Below are positions 63,837 to 64,000 of a stretch of DNA of 64,000 nt, piece after piece. The first letter of the stretch is position 1. Each line of letters starts with the position of its first letter. A program made the position numbers and the translations under genes. Source of the DNA: Eledone cirrhosa (taxonomy: Eukaryota); contig OZ024745.1 of NCBI GenBank assembly GCA_964016885.1, positions 101,990,001 to 102,054,000 of the forward strand. The letters run 5' to 3'. A model generated the notes under the pieces. It saw only the letters and a program-made list of their open reading frames with translations, ran no database searches and was not told where the DNA came from.

Positions 63837-64000
63837 ATAGTAGTAATAATAGTAGTAATAATAATAAATGTGAAGACTAAAATCCAAAGATAGCTCGATA
63901 AAGATAAATATATCTCAAATATATAAGAACATTAGAGCAAATATTTATTAAAATAACAGATTAAAGTTTAAGCAAAGAATCGCTGCTTTCACCATTAACT

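Overview
AT-rich, repeat-dense animal genomic DNA. The SINE, RTE, CR1, Tx1 and microsatellite content looks like an octopus or other cephalopod (inference). The only host-gene sequence I can support is two + strand exons (31080-31138 and 34827-34937) that splice to ...MPCGFIYQLQLFSTWGDPYYIGLNGIELYD..., resembling KATNIP/KIAA0556. They are joined by a U12-type (minor spliceosome) intron. The rest is probably intronic. It holds decayed CR1, RTE and Tx1-like LINEs, three tRNA-derived SINE families, three Helitron-like elements, piggyBac and Tc1-like MITEs, a 9.8 kb 51/53-bp satellite with a ~2 kb higher-order repeat, and a 48-bp satellite that arose from a SINE. The main unannotated signal is about ten type I hammerhead-ribozyme (HHR) motifs from several sequence families. 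They sit in short Penelope-like (PLE) pseudo-LTR modules, mostly inserted in (TA)n tracts and often arranged as fold-back palindromes that break at HHR stem II. Most ORFs in the track are artefacts of simple repeats.
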